From: Lingula anatina
Lineage: Eukaryota > Animalia > Brachiopoda
Assembly (NCBI GenBank): GCA_051362555.1
Contig: CM120648.1
Span: 5,390,587 to 5,454,586, forward strand
Length of the DNA: 64,000 nt
Reading direction: 5' to 3'
The translations under genes were made by a program, and so were the position numbers. Below are positions 1-13,277 of the stretch, one piece after another; positions within the stretch are counted from its first letter, which is position 1, and the number at the start of each line of letters is the position of its first letter. Under the pieces are notes generated by a model, which saw nothing but the letters and a program-made list of their open reading frames with translations, was not told where the DNA came from and did no database searches.

Positions 1-28
1 CATGACCCAAGAAAAAGACAAGCCTTCT

Positions 29-30
<2 letters not shown>

Positions 31-68
<38 letters not shown>
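31..68. repeat. (GA)n microsatellite
   Basis: Perfect GA dinucleotide run. Confidence 0.95.
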
Positions 69-72
<4 letters not shown>

Positions 73-703
73 GGTTGAGAACTTTAACTATATTGACTAA
101 AAGCATAGGTGGCAAAGGTTTTCCTGAAAGTGAAGATTTGTATTTAGGGATGGCCCCTGGAAAACAGTATTTTAAATTTCATTTACAATGTTGATTGTTC
201 TTAAAAATTAAGGATTCTAACTACAAAATTGAGAAAGAGAAATTAAGGAGATATTTCACATCCTGGTCATCATTAATATATTATTCTTTATATGAGTCAC
301 TAAATTAATATATAGTCTACAAATTAAAATAATTACAAAAGGGGAAAAAGATAATTATGACCACAAAATATGCAACAACGTGGCAAGTACAACTAATATG
401 GTATGCATACATTTATAACAGCAGGAAATGTACTGAAAGAGAAGTGAAATACATGATAAGATACAAACCAGGATGCGCCTGGTTGAAATTTAAGAAATTT
501 CTTTCCACAAATATTTTAACCCCAAAAGGCAGCATGTGGAAATGGAAGGAAAAAGACACTAAAACCATATATTGTCAAACTATACCACAAAAAGTAGAAA
601 TTATACTATAAAATACATTATACAAAGAGAAACTAGCATCCTGTCAATTTTAACTGCAACCTAAAGGCATGACCAATGGCAAGTTTTGATAACTCATTTC
701 TGA

Positions 704-705
<2 letters not shown>

Positions 706-745
<40 letters not shown>

Positions 746-761
746 TATTATTATTATTATT
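706..761. repeat. (AAT)n followed directly by (ATT)n microsatellite, self-complementary
   Basis: taataat... run switches to ...attattatt at about 745. Confidence 0.9.
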
Positions 762-1252
762 GCAAGTAAAAAAAAAAAGTAGGACTCTGCAATTAAATAA
801 CACAAGAACTTGAGAGGAGCATCAAAACACACACAAAAAAGAATAGTTGCAGATAAAGTTAAAAGTTACAAAAAACTCAGGTTAATAATTTTGAGGTTAA
901 AAAATTTGTTCAGACCACATCGACCACCCATCATTCCAGGCATGTGTGAATAAGCAAGAACAGGTTTTATTTCAGATTGAAAAACAAGTGGCTGTCCCAC
1001 AGGCAAATAATTAGTCAAGTAATTCATTTTATTGACCCAGGGCACTTCCCTGAGAGAGCAAGTGCAATGCAGGTGGTCCACATCATAATATTGAACCTCA
1101 CTATCTATACAGACTTGTGTAGGAGGCGGTGTGGGTTGTACAGGTATTGATCAGGACTATCTCCTGGACATTAATGCATTATTACATTAATTCATGTATC
1201 AACACATTGATGAAACAAGAGCCTGCTCGTTGAGTCCAGTCCAAGTTGTTTA

Positions 1253-1470
1253 GGCCCTATTTTGATAGACACATTAACTAGTTTGATCCATCTAACACTG
1301 TGGGGGATTCTTGTTGAGTGCAATCATTGGAATCTGCCTAATTGTCTGACACGCCTTCTTTAACAGTTAGGGGTTAATTGACTTTTTACTAGCTGCTTGA
1401 GAGAGCCTGTCATTCAGTTAAGCTGATCCCCTGCAGAGTTGGACCGTCCTTCCTAGTATGATGTGTCTAT
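1253..1470 (-). mobile_element. Old, diverged relative of MITE family A in inverted orientation
   Basis: Starts TTA|ggccctattttgatagacacattaactag, and its reverse complement reappears as ctagtatgatgtgtctat at 1453-1470. Internal blocks (tgtctgacacgccttctttaacagttaggggttaattgactt; gatcccctgcagagttgg) resemble the reverse complement of family A. Confidence 0.55.
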
Positions 1471-1696
1471 GGGTGCTTTCCCAGAGATTTAGATCGATCT
1501 AGAGATAAAGATTTAGATCGACCTAACTCCCTGGGGGTTCACGCTAAATTGCAGTCAGCCGAGCGGGCACCATAGTTAATTACCCCCTTACAGCTTTTAG
1601 TAGGCGGGACAGACGCTTAAGCCGGCCAAGCTGACAGTAATCTAGTGAGACTCCCCACAGGGATAGATTGATCTAAAAATCTATGGAAATGGGGTG
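1471..1696 (+). mobile_element. MITE family A copy 1 (PIF/Harbinger-Tourist-like, non-autonomous)
   Basis: Aligns by eye with 11774-11987 and 52866-53080. Terminal inverted repeats (tttcccagagatttagatcgatct ... agattgatctaaaaatctatggaaa), 3-bp flanking duplication TAT/TAT, no ORF. Confidence 0.85.
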
Positions 1697-3797
1697 TATC
1701 TCATTGCTCCCTTTGATTCTATAGTGGCTAAGTAAATGTTCAGATTCATGGGCTGCTGTCATATCACTTTAGTGTTATATGATGTCATCCAGTAAGTACA
1801 TTCATTCACATGCAATTTAATTGTTTTAAGATAAGCAGTATGTCTATGTACTGAATACTCCACTCTGAACAAGAATATTTCCAGGGATCTTGTAATTTAT
1901 ATTTTTCTAGCTTTTTCACAAAGTTACTTCAAATAAATAAATAAATAAATAAATAAATAAATATATATATATAACTTGCCGAGGATCAACTCAAATTCCA
2001 TCACATTTCTTTTTGCATTGTCAGAGGGTATACTGAACATACAAACATTACACACCAAGCAAAATGAGAATACGAAACCACTCGCTATAAATATATATTT
2101 ATAACTAGTATCTCTTTCAAACAACTTTTCATACATACAAATTTCAATGGGGATATACTTCCAACCATTTCCAAGTAAAGTAATGATAGCTTAAATTATC
2201 TTTTCTTTGCAAAAAATGATTATCATGTACCTAACCAAAAGAAATTAATCTAATCGATCTGTTGTCCCACCCACTAACACTGCAACAGAGTAAGTCATAT
2301 ACCTTTAAACTGGCTTTCTAGAAGGCTACTATACCCTAGTAGATTCTACTTCAACTGGCAGAATTTTTAACTATTTTGATTCAACTGGATACTTTAAGTT
2401 CTGAGTTAAAAACATCTTATTAGGAAATTTTATTATTGATCATATTATTTGTAATTGGTTTTATGTGACTTTTTTTCGCTAGAATATAAACATATATAAC
2501 ATATATATACCTTGGTAATAGTGTTTTTAATTATGTCTGTTTTATGTAACATCTAGTGAAATTTTAAAATGGATTTTAGACTTACAATAAATAAGTAAAT
2601 AAATATATAAATAAATAAATAAATAAATATTATTATTATTATATTATTATTATTGTATTACCGTAGAAAGCCATTGTTATCACTCTGGTGTCTCACCCAC
2701 TGTTAAAATGTAAATGTCTCATATGGTTAGATTGGCTTCCAAATAGGTTAACTAGGTGTGTACTATTTCAACAAGCAGTGTGTATCAGTTTTCTACCTGC
2801 CAAATGCCACCTACTCGAATTCTACACTGAAGTGAGGGGAGAGTCGATACATATTTGATATATCCTCTCTTTGGCTTCCAGTTGTTTGAAATAGTTACAA
2901 TGTGTACAAAGCTAAGCTTAATTGGAAATGCGACCACACAGCAGTATGCTATCCCATATTTTGTCAAGGGAATGCTTTCACAGTTACAACAAGAGGCCGC
3001 TTTTAGTTTGGTAGGAAACAGGCAAAGGAAGCGGACATTTTCAGTTCACAGTGACACACCTACACAAAATGATAACAAAAGACTTCTTGTTAGTTTCAGT
3101 GATACCATTTTACCTAAAGGAAATATTTTTGAACACATAAACACGAAGATTAAATTCTGATACAAATAAATTCTTTGATTAAAATATTCCTTTTCTCTGC
3201 ACTGTTATATAACCGTGGCAAACAGTGTATTGCAAAAGTTCTCTCTCAATCTCATTTCTTTTTCAACCTAGCAGCATGCAGCCAAACTGAGAAAATATAA
3301 ATTATTAATTGTGAACACTAAGCAATGGCAGGCTCTTGCTGGGCTGGAGACCAGTCAGTGATGTCATAAAAATACCACAGGACTAAACAAATTTGATTCT
3401 ATCACACTGGGAAATCATTGTTTTTCTGAGTATTTCTCTAAAACACTGCTGTAAGAAAACTGGGGTAAAAGCAGCCACTCACCATTTTCCTTCGTGGCCA
3501 AATTTCCTAGTGAAAAAAGATCTTCATTGTAAAAATCAATAGAAAGCACAGCCAAACACCATCAATTCTAACTTAAGACAGATGATGATGATAATAACAC
3601 AGACAAGGCACCTTTCAATTAATGCGCTGACAGTAACAGAGTGATCAATCAATTTAACGCCTTGGTGGACTGGTGGTTAATGGCTGAATAGCCAGTGGTC
3701 AGTGGTTGAAGGATCAGAAAGTTCTGGACAAATCTGGGCTCTTGCTTAAAGGTTTTCTCCACTAAAAAAAATTACAAGTATTATCAAACAGCAGACA

Positions 3798-3800
3798 AAA

Positions 3801-3865
<65 letters not shown>
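3798..3865. repeat. (AAAT)n microsatellite
   Basis: Perfect tetranucleotide run. Confidence 0.95.
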
Positions 3866-3867
<2 letters not shown>

Positions 3868-6800
3868 AAAGTCAGGGTAGGAATTTGTCTATCAATACTC
3901 TCCATTACCATTCCCCTGAGATTTTTTTATGCTACCTGTCCTATAATATTTACATAATGATCTCATTATTTTACATTCTACTTCTTGTAACAACCACAAT
4001 ATACAGGGAGGCGAGTACTAATACCTGCCGAAATGACTAAGGAGGGGAGAGGAGGGGTTAACCCCATTTTCTTGATGAAGATGCATGATCTTGATAAAAT
4101 TCAAACCAAAATAATTTGTAATTTTTAACAAATCTGCTTCCTTCAAGACTCTTGAAATAAGTTATTTTGCTGAAAAAAAAAATGCTAGCGTGATGTAGCA
4201 CAGAATCTGGTGCATCTGATCGGCTGAATAATTAATGTGTTGTTGATATTATTGGCAAACTGTGGTGCCTTAAATAAAGAAATATCGACCATGGAGAAAT
4301 ATATAAACTTTTTCAGTGTGATCAAGAGAAAAGGCAAAAGAAACAAGGAAACAGAGAGGTGAGGACAGTTCAGGGACATACACACACAAATGGTTTAGTA
4401 AATATTTAAGTGCAACTATCCATTCAATATCAAATATTTTATTAGTAAACCCTTTAAACTTAATTATATTCATAAGAGTAATTCACTCACTAGTAAAAAA
4501 AAAATTCAAATTGAAGATATTTTTTAAACTTTTTTCAAATAACTCAAAACAATGATTATGTCACGCTAACAAAGCTCTTCAGTGAAGGTTTGAAATGTAA
4601 TGCCTCTTAGGTAAAAAAGAGTTTATCTCTATACAAAGGACACACTATCTTACAGTACTAATTTTATATAAAGTAAGATGTAAAGTAATGAAAAAAAAAT
4701 GTTAAGAATACTTCAGCACTTTAATAGATTGAGGACTCGAGAGTTTTGTGCAACTTGCAGAAACACTGTTTATACTGTCAAGTCTGACATATTGGTTAGG
4801 CATGTGTGGCACAGACTGAGTGGGCAAAATTTACTTATCTTTACTATTTTCTAAGTAATAACCACTGACACATCAGTATGACCTTTTTCCCAGCAAATGG
4901 TAAAGTTTTCTGTACCACTCCAGTTATAGTGGTAGGCAATTTATAGTCCTTAATAACCTGGCTATAACATAAAGGAATCATCAATGGCCTTAACAGAACA
5001 ACCAGGGTTGGCGTGGCCAGTCTACTGATATTGATCCACTGGGGCTTGTGAAAGGAAGTACCCAGCCCCCTCCTCCCCATAGCGTAATTAAACCTGGTAC
5101 CATACAGAAAACTGTACCGATTAATGTGAAAAGACTGGGTATATGAACAAGTCCTGCTTATGTTATTAGACTGGGAGCATAGTGAACCTTTTTAGAACTT
5201 ATTTAAATCATAAATCATATCTGTTATATCGGTATTGGTTAAGCAGGACTGACACAGACTGTGTGAGCAGCAGTCACTTTTCTTCACAAAACATTTTATT
5301 CCATAACCATTGCATCGCAGCACTATGCCTTCATCCCACAGGCACTCACAATATCATTTCTCTCTCTGTCTCGAGTACTGAGCAGGAAGTAATCCCAGCT
5401 AATGGATTAACCGTATGACATTTCACTGTGGATTCATGCCTTGTTAGACACTATTTTTGTCTCAGACAAATGTTGGATGGAGAAGGAAATTGTCTGCCCT
5501 GTGGACAATACCTGCATCAATACTGTCTTAGCTGTGGAAATGAAAAGCGTTTTAGCCGGGACTGAAATCCTAAAAGGCCAGTTCAAACAAAGCAACCTCA
5601 TTGACTGCATTGACTGAGTTTTATTCCAGCTGAAGACCCTGCTTTCTTTTCGTGATTTTTCAAAGAAAGATAATTCTCACAATTCAATTTCATCAAACTC
5701 TTTAGTTGAAAAATTATAATAAAAAGCATGAAATATCAATTTAATTTAATTAATAAAATAATAGCAATTTATAATTTCATTAGTCTGAATTATTGCAAGT
5801 GGAATTCCCTTTTTAAAGGTATCATCTGCTTCAAGACATTTCTCTTATTAAAGTCCTTTATTAGAAGCGCATTCAATATCATAATACCTCCCACTCAGAC
5901 AAAGTTTGAAGCAGAAGGTACCAAGGAAAGCATCTTTTTTTCTTTGCTCCAACAGATGAGAAGGGTAAACCACATCCTCAGTCTCATGTTCATTTTTAAT
6001 GGGAAGCTGACAGAACAGGCATGATGACAATGTGTCTAATAATAATTCTGTGGGAACAAAAGAAAAAAAAATAGAATTTTCATGTTCATTTTTTATACCC
6101 TAAGTTTCATTCCAGCTGAAGACAATCTTGTTTTCCTAAATACCCATGTAACCTTCAGTTGTTCTCAGCTTCATCAGTAAAATGCTTCATCTCATTCTGA
6201 CTAAGCCTATTGAATTTTCAATGTCCTTGGATGCCAAAACTTGAGAGAGATGGTTGCAAACATGACAGTTAACATGTAGACAACTGAAACACAGGGTACT
6301 ACTTGAATGATGTTTGCATTAATGGAAGGATCTAGCACAATGGAAATATCTAGCACATTTTTTTTTTTTTTCTTTGCACAAATGAAATCTGAAATGCATT
6401 ACCTCTAAATGATACCACAAGACACAGCTTACTTGCATTATAAAAGCAATGACCTGGGGAATCACAATCAAGATACAGAATGGGAACATAGAATGCTGAA
6501 AGAAAGAAAGAAATCACTGCCTAATTTAACTCAGCTCACCAAAAGCCATTTGGCCAAAACTACACCCAACGCCTGTCCCATATTTTATGGTCACATTCAG
6601 GAAGAAAACAAAGACATATACCACAGTTACTCCCAGCAAATATCAAGTGTTAAAGACACAACACATTTGCAAGAATTATCAACTTAATTGGCATACAGCC
6701 AAAACAGAAAAATGTTCGATCTGAGGCATCATTACATAAATTTGTTAACATAACGTCCGAGTCTGGCAATAAATTTGACGATGTTTGGAAAACAGATCAC

Positions 6801-7824
6801 TGTCGTTTCCAGCCAGTCATATTTTGTGAGTAATTAACTTTTCAAACATTTAGCATATATGTCCCAGAGTCTGGGTCAGATATATATCCTAGTCACGCCA
6901 ATACGATATAAAAAACTCTCTCTAACAAGCAGGTGTGTTTATCAAGCGGGATGGGCTGTCAGATCTAAAATGACACCAAGTTGATCAACTTACATCAACC
7001 GAGTCGATGCTCCAACTTCCAAGCTGTTTCATCCTGTTAATAATCTATATCATGTGTAGCTAAATAAAAGGCACTATACAGAATAAATAACAAAACTTTT
7101 TTTACTGTACCAGTAAGTCGATTCGATCATGGTAGGTGAAAAAATTGATCACAGTTCGCTAGTTTGTACGAGTGTTTTCTCAAACATCCATTTTGGACAG
7201 AGTTCATGGTGGAATGATCCCGCAGTAAATACGTTCCTTTGCATCATTAGGCAAAAAAGCTCAACAACTTTAAATGTGTAAATTTCTATTTAAAATACAA
7301 GAAAGAAACCATGTGGCACGTAAAAATCTAAATGATGAAATACTTATGAGGTTGTGTATTTTTATATCCAATGTTTATCCACAGACAGTCATTGCTCATC
7401 TGTGAACATCTTGTTGTCGCTTGGCAGTCTGGTAATTTGCAACCAACTGCAGTAGATGAGCTTTGCGGTACAATCACTCTGAAATAATTTATGAAACATC
7501 GGAAATTGAATCCAATATATAATAAAGTCTAAACAAAAACAACTCACGCGTATTATACAATATTCCTACAGTAAAACATAAATAACAGATTCTTTTCTTA
7601 TTATTATTGGGAGATCGTCACGGGAGAAAACGTGATACAAGGAACAGCTTTCTGAAATTGATCCATTTCTTTGTACCCGAAGGTGTGTCGGTCGATGTAA
7701 AAGACTTATTCCTTATGCAAAGTAAATTATTATAATAAACAGTTCAATTTACCTGTAGTATGTTTCTCTCTGTTATATTATCCTTAGATTAATAAAAAAC
7801 GATAAGAACTGGGAAAAAAGCACA

Positions 7825-7904
7825 ACCGGAAGTGATCTCAACCCAGCTCCCATAAAACTGACGGTTCTCGTTCCTCCATGTTTGATACTTCGGGACGCCA
7901 TTTT
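7825..7904 (+). promoter_or_regulatory. Probable dishevelled core promoter region with ETS/GABP-type and YY1-type motifs
   Basis: ACCGGAAGTG at 7825-7834 and CGCCATTTT at 7896-7904, with local CpG enrichment, 55-135 bp upstream of the ATG at 7959. Both motifs are typical of TATA-less housekeeping promoters. Confidence 0.5.
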
Positions 7905-7958
7905 CACCAGGGATCATTGAAAGTTCATAGATTTTAGGCGATCGACCAAGCCTCCAAC

Positions 7959-8119
7959 ATGGAGGAGACGAAGATCATATACCATATTGATGATGAAGAT
8001 ACTCCATATCTGATCAAACTTTCAATTCCGGCAGATAAAGTGACACTGGGAGACTTCAAAAATGCCTTAAACCGACCCAATTACAAATTCTTTTTCAAAT
8101 CCATGGATGACGATTTTGG
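7959..8119 (+). CDS. dvl: Dishevelled coding exon 1 (DIX domain N-terminal part: [21 protein letters not shown]...[13 protein letters not shown])
   Basis: Clear Dvl DIX sequence; caacATGg start; phase-2 donor GG|GTGGGT at 8120. Confidence 0.97.
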
Positions 8120-10388
8120 GTGGGTATATATATTTGTTATATTCTGTTCTCTGTTGTGTGCTCGAGCCACCCAGGGCATTATGAATGCTTAGCTGTATTC
8201 GCAGTATCTCTGTCATGTTGTATGTATCTGTGATATAACTAAATTTGTATTTGAAGATGCTGCGATATTTGTGACTTTGTTCGAGTTGCAACCGGAGATA
8301 TCGGGCACCTGCCTTTGAGTTATCTGCTACCACTGCAGAACGATTCTTCTCACTGAATCAGATCTGGACAGCACATTTTGCATATCTAGGTTTCAGTGGG
8401 CCATAATCCAGCATGCAACTTTATCTTGAAGTGCACCAATGAAGTGTTGACCAACCTGAGAAAAAATCTCTTTTATGTGACATCAGTCTTTCTCTCACCC
8501 AGGTTGCTCGATGTTTATGTGTTCACAGGCCCACCAAATTTACACCTGTCACAGCCATTTATTGTGTCACCATAGCAATGCATTCCAATGAAATTGGTAA
8601 ACTTAAATGCAGTATAAGTTGGAGAGACTTTTATCAATCCAGTATGGCTGACAAGTTAAAATCTGTTAAAGAGAGCGACATATCTGTCTTTGTCCCATAA
8701 GATAAATAAATGAACTGAGCATGATATGTTACATTTTCTTATTTCACTCTTGATGCCAGCAACATATTTCATTTTTTACAAATTCTTGTATAATATACGT
8801 ATGAACTTAAACAACACCCCCTTTTCAGCACCCCCTCCTCCCCCCCCCCCCCCCCCCCCCATCCTCCATGTCCATATATGCCTACCTGCAAATGGGCTGC
8901 ACCCATCCGTATCACATCGTAGTTGTTGCTATGTTGTCTTACACAAACAGCCCCTCAATCTCCCAGGTGGCGCCAGTTAACGTATCTTGTAAAAGTCATC
9001 TGTCAGACCCAGAGATTGACGCATAGATTAAGCATACTCTGGAAAAGGTATTCTCTTAGAAAAATTGCTTCATAATTTTCACCAATATGAGTTTTGAATT
9101 CCATGACTTTGTGTCTCTTTCCCTTAAAAATTATTTCTAAGGGCAGAGAGGAAAAGCCAATTTGACGGCTGTGACATTTTTGACGGTCATTTTCTAGTGT
9201 TGTCACACATGTTATCAGTCTACCACATACCTTTCCATCATTAAATTAAAAAAAAAAGAATGATGGGCACTTGCAAAGATACAATAATGATTTAAAAGTA
9301 TGTCTAGCATATTGTAAAGGAAAGGAAAGATGGTCCATTAAATAGTGCAACATGTTTGGAATGACGACATATTTGGAATGGCAGAATGAGGTATTGGGCC
9401 ATCTGTCATTCAGTGAGGTAGTATGTCCAATCTGTTTATGTTTAGTATTGGTCAGCTGGTCTAGGTAATTATCTGACCAGTGGTGACCAGTTGTGGTAAA
9501 GCACCGTTATCAATATCAGACATGTCCTGTGAATCAAACTGATGACTGTCATTATGCTGATTGAAGTGAATGAATAAATATTAAAAAATTAATTGGTAAA
9601 AGAAGAACAAAATACAAAAGCAATGCTTAGATAAATGGGAAAGATTTCTTCTCGTGCTTTAACACTTGCCCACAAGTAGTCTTCAAAAGGTCATTGGATT
9701 TTCCACTTATGATTTTTTGGAATGAAAAAGCAAATGTCAACATCTGCTACCCTTTTGGCATGCCTCAAACTTTGGTTACCAACTGCAATGACCAGCGGTC
9801 AGTATAATATGACCAGCAGTTACATGTGATGGGCTAAGTGATCAGTTAAGGTGGATATAGGAAGGATGACAGAATGGGAGTTCTGGTCTCCTGTAGGTGG
9901 CATTTTAAGCAAGACAAACTGAGGCAAGTTTTAAATGTAAAATATTTGTAACTATTCAGTCATCCACAGTCCTCCAATGATTTTATACTAAAGATGTTTA
10001 CTAGTTTGAAGAAAGGGCTGGAGGTGTTTAGGTATGAAAAAAAAAAAAAAAGATACCTAGTCCACCAGAAGATAACATTGTTTTAGTAATAGTATCTTCA
10101 TGTTATCGGTGTTTTTATTCAGTTTGAGTCCCAGTTGCTCAGCTACAAAAACAGGTGTACTCATGTTTTCATTACTTAAAACACCTTCGTCTTGATCAAA
10201 TACTGTTGTAGGCAGTTACTCGAGCCGGCCCACACATCAACAAACTGGCGCCTTATGACTTGTCTTATGTGGGTACTCGGAATTTCAAAGCAGTGATAGA
10301 TAGGTGTTTACATAGCTACCATGAATTTCATGGCACTGTTAGCGGCCATTCAGAATAGAAGACCCGAGTATCAACTGGTGCAAAGCTC

Positions 10389-10460
10389 AAATATGGCGGA
10401 CCCTACATGAAAGGAAGACTGCTTAATCCTGTAATGGTTTCTCCGCCTCTCACATGCCTC
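10389..10460 (+). mobile_element. Truncated, diverged arm of the foldback MITE family C
   Basis: aaatatggcggaccctacatgaaaggaagactgcttaatcctgtaatggtttctccgcctctcacatgcctc matches the left arm of 31669-31968 (aaatatggcggatatatgaaagaaaacctgcctaatcttttaatagtctctccgcctctcacatgcctc). Confidence 0.75.
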
Positions 10461-10603
10461 ACATACCCTAAAACTACTGTTGAAAAATTTGTATTAGAAT
10501 CATTTTTGCCTTGGTATAGATGTGTATCATGTGTGGTGTGTGTAGCCTGATTATAAGTAAAAGACATCATTCTAGTAATTAGTTTTCTTCTTGTGGAATG
10601 TTT

Positions 10604-10605
<2 letters not shown>

Positions 10606-10669
<64 letters not shown>
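10606..10669. repeat. (TG)n microsatellite
   Basis: Perfect TG run. Confidence 0.95.
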
Positions 10670-10672
<3 letters not shown>

Positions 10673-10883
10673 TTTACTTGCATGCTTGCATTCGATAACG
10701 TGTGTGTGTGGGGGGAGGGGTGCACTTGTGAGTATTGAAGAGAACTTATACACTTTTGAATTTTCGGAATGATTATCAGTGAAGTTGCAGCTTGCTTTGA
10801 GGATTTGTTTGCAGGTTTACAGTAAAAATAAAAGCTATAATATACTTCACATCTTAATTTTTCTCAAATTTGGTGTCTTTCAG

Positions 10884-10953
10884 GGTGGTCAAAGAAGAAA
10901 TTATAGATGAAAGTGCGCACCTTCCATGTTTCAATGGCAGAGTAGTCTCCTGG
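10884..10953 (+). CDS. dvl: Dishevelled coding exon 2 (DIX C-terminal part: (G)[23 protein letters not shown])
   Basis: tctttcag acceptor; 70 nt, phase 2 to 0; TGG|GTAAGT donor; conserved [11 protein letters not shown] motif. Confidence 0.97.
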
Positions 10954-11773
10954 GTAAGTATGCCATGGGTGAATGCACTGTAGATGGCACTGCTGTCAAC
11001 CTGTCCAACTGTCTTGATTCTCCAAAAAATTTTTAACCTCAGATTGCATTTATATTTGGCATTAATTCTCCAGGAGTAGCCCTGCTAGAAATTGAGAATA
11101 CTTTTCATGATAGAGCTGATGAAGATCTACGTTTGTTTGGACAAGAACACCTGAAAACTACAGAGGATTGAAGCACAGACATGTTCTCTTGCTCAATCTG
11201 TTTTACACAACTGCCCTTGTAGAAGATTTTGCGGTCTATAAATGACTGAAATGTTCTCAAAACAGCAATATTTTCTATGAGAACTAAGCAAAAATTGTAA
11301 AGCTTATGGAACTGTGGATCAAAAGGTGAAGGTGGAGGCAATATGTATGTTCGTAAAATTAAATAATCCCTAATTCCTTACTCTCTGATAATGTTTTGGA
11401 TGAAGATGTCTTTGAAAAGTCAGCTGTTGATTAGACTTGCTGGTTTCTGAAAGGCTTCCCCTCACAGAGAACATGTTAGAGACATAGCTGTTGCTCACAA
11501 TGACATCAGTGAAAAAAAAAAATCAATGATGGTTAATCAAATTCTGATTACACCACATTATAAGTAGCACAATTTTTCATAAACATCCGCCATTAGCTTC
11601 TAGTTTCTCAAGACAATGTTTTGATGAAGAAAATTGAAATTTTAGAAGTTCAGAGAAGACAGTTCCCGTAAGAAGATTTGTATTGATTTTTCATTTTCCT
11701 GAAATCCAGTGTCCTGACTTCCTGTGTCGTACCAGACAGCAACAAGATATTAGAAGCAATAGGGATTTTATTA

Positions 11774-11987
11774 CTCCCCATTCCCATAGATTAGATCGAC
11801 CTACTTTGGATCGACCTAACTCCCTGGGGGTTCGCGCTGAATAGCTGTCAGCCGGGCGGACACGAAAGTTAATTGCCCCTTACGGCTTGTAGTGGGCAGG
11901 GACAGACACTTAAGGGGGATTATCTGACGGTAGTCTGGTGAGACTCCCCGCGGTGATAGATCGATCTAAAGTTGTGGGAATAGACCC
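11774..11987 (+). mobile_element. MITE family A copy 2 (PIF/Harbinger-like)
   Basis: TIRs attcccatagattagatcga ... tcgatctaaagttgtgggaat; TTA/TTA target-site duplication; similar to copies 1 and 3. Confidence 0.88.
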
Positions 11988-12106
11988 TTAGATTCTTCCC
12001 CTTAATAGGATTATGCTGTGTGTGTTGTCTGGTATATAAAGGACAGTTTTTAAGGGCACACAGTGCAGTACTTCTGTATGCAGGGTGGTGTGTGCAGACT
12101 TTTGAA

Positions 12107-12149
<43 letters not shown>

Positions 12150-13237
12150 TTAACCTTTTTTTTTTGTGGGAGTTGATTTTCTACATAGTGCTGTTTCTTT
12201 TCTTGTTTAAATTTAGTGGAACAGTAGTCATTTTATTAGTAAAATTCCATTTTTTTGTGGGGGGGGGGGGATGGGCATAAAATGATGCTGAGATGGGAGG
12301 CTTATTTGATGTGTGAAATGAGTGGAAAACATACATATTAGAAATTGATGGTTGTTTAGATTATACAGAGTGTACAGTTTCTATTGAAGATGGACCAATC
12401 TAACTTATTTCATCAGAGCTGATTGTATTTAGCTCTTCAAACAACCAATCTAATCCCTATGGTGTCCTGCTTATAGTTTTTGTGGTTTGGGTAAAAAAAG
12501 TTAGTTAAAACATTGCCTTTGGCTGATTAGTGCAAGATAATAATATTGGATGGCATAATGAGAAGGTCTACCTATCTCAACTATAAACACACCTTACATT
12601 GAATGTGAACAGGATCTTCTTTTCCTGTGGTTATTGCATCTACTACAATTTCAAAAAAGCACCAGCTACATTCCCAGAGCATATTATGGTGCAAAATATA
12701 CCATATAAAAATAATTAATTTTTTTCCTGATATTACCAAACCCGGAAATGATCATCTTTGTCCAACATTCGAACTCTCGGGAAGATAGCATATATTCACT
12801 TCCCGGTGGAATTGAGGCAAGAAAAGTGAATTCATTTTCTGCCTGCTTGGATCACTGTGCCATCTGTAGAGTTTGAAACAATAAAGGCAAGGTGCTCTTT
12901 GATGGAGAGATACAGATCCACGCAGGTGTGAATGATTGACATAAATTCATTGCCAGTTTTTTTTCCGAGTCACTTTCATGTTGAAAAAAAAAAACTAAGA
13001 TGTGTCTCTGTTCTTTCCATGATGATCCACAAGTTGTGTATTTATGAATTTATTTATTTTTTTGATAAGAAGTTATATTATTAATCCAGATGTCCTCAAA
13101 AAAAGGGCTGTTTTTTATTATAATTTTAAATGCTTAAAGCATAATGGTGTTTGTCCTTGTTTTAAGTTGAATTAAAGGAAACCACACATGTCCAGTGACA
13201 CATGTATTTATGTGCTGTGTTGTGGTTGGTGCACGTT

Positions 13238-13277
<40 letters not shown>

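Noticed and set aside
8120-8192. ORF-track extension of exon 1 ([12 protein letters not shown]...) as a transmembrane tail
   Set aside because: It is intron read-through past the donor at 8120; Dvl homology resumes at 10884.
10403-10753. ORFs with HT, SL, RE, CV or poly-I repeats here and at 650, 12020, 16631, 25236, 35479-36063 and 38405
   Set aside because: Translations of microsatellites, not proteins.
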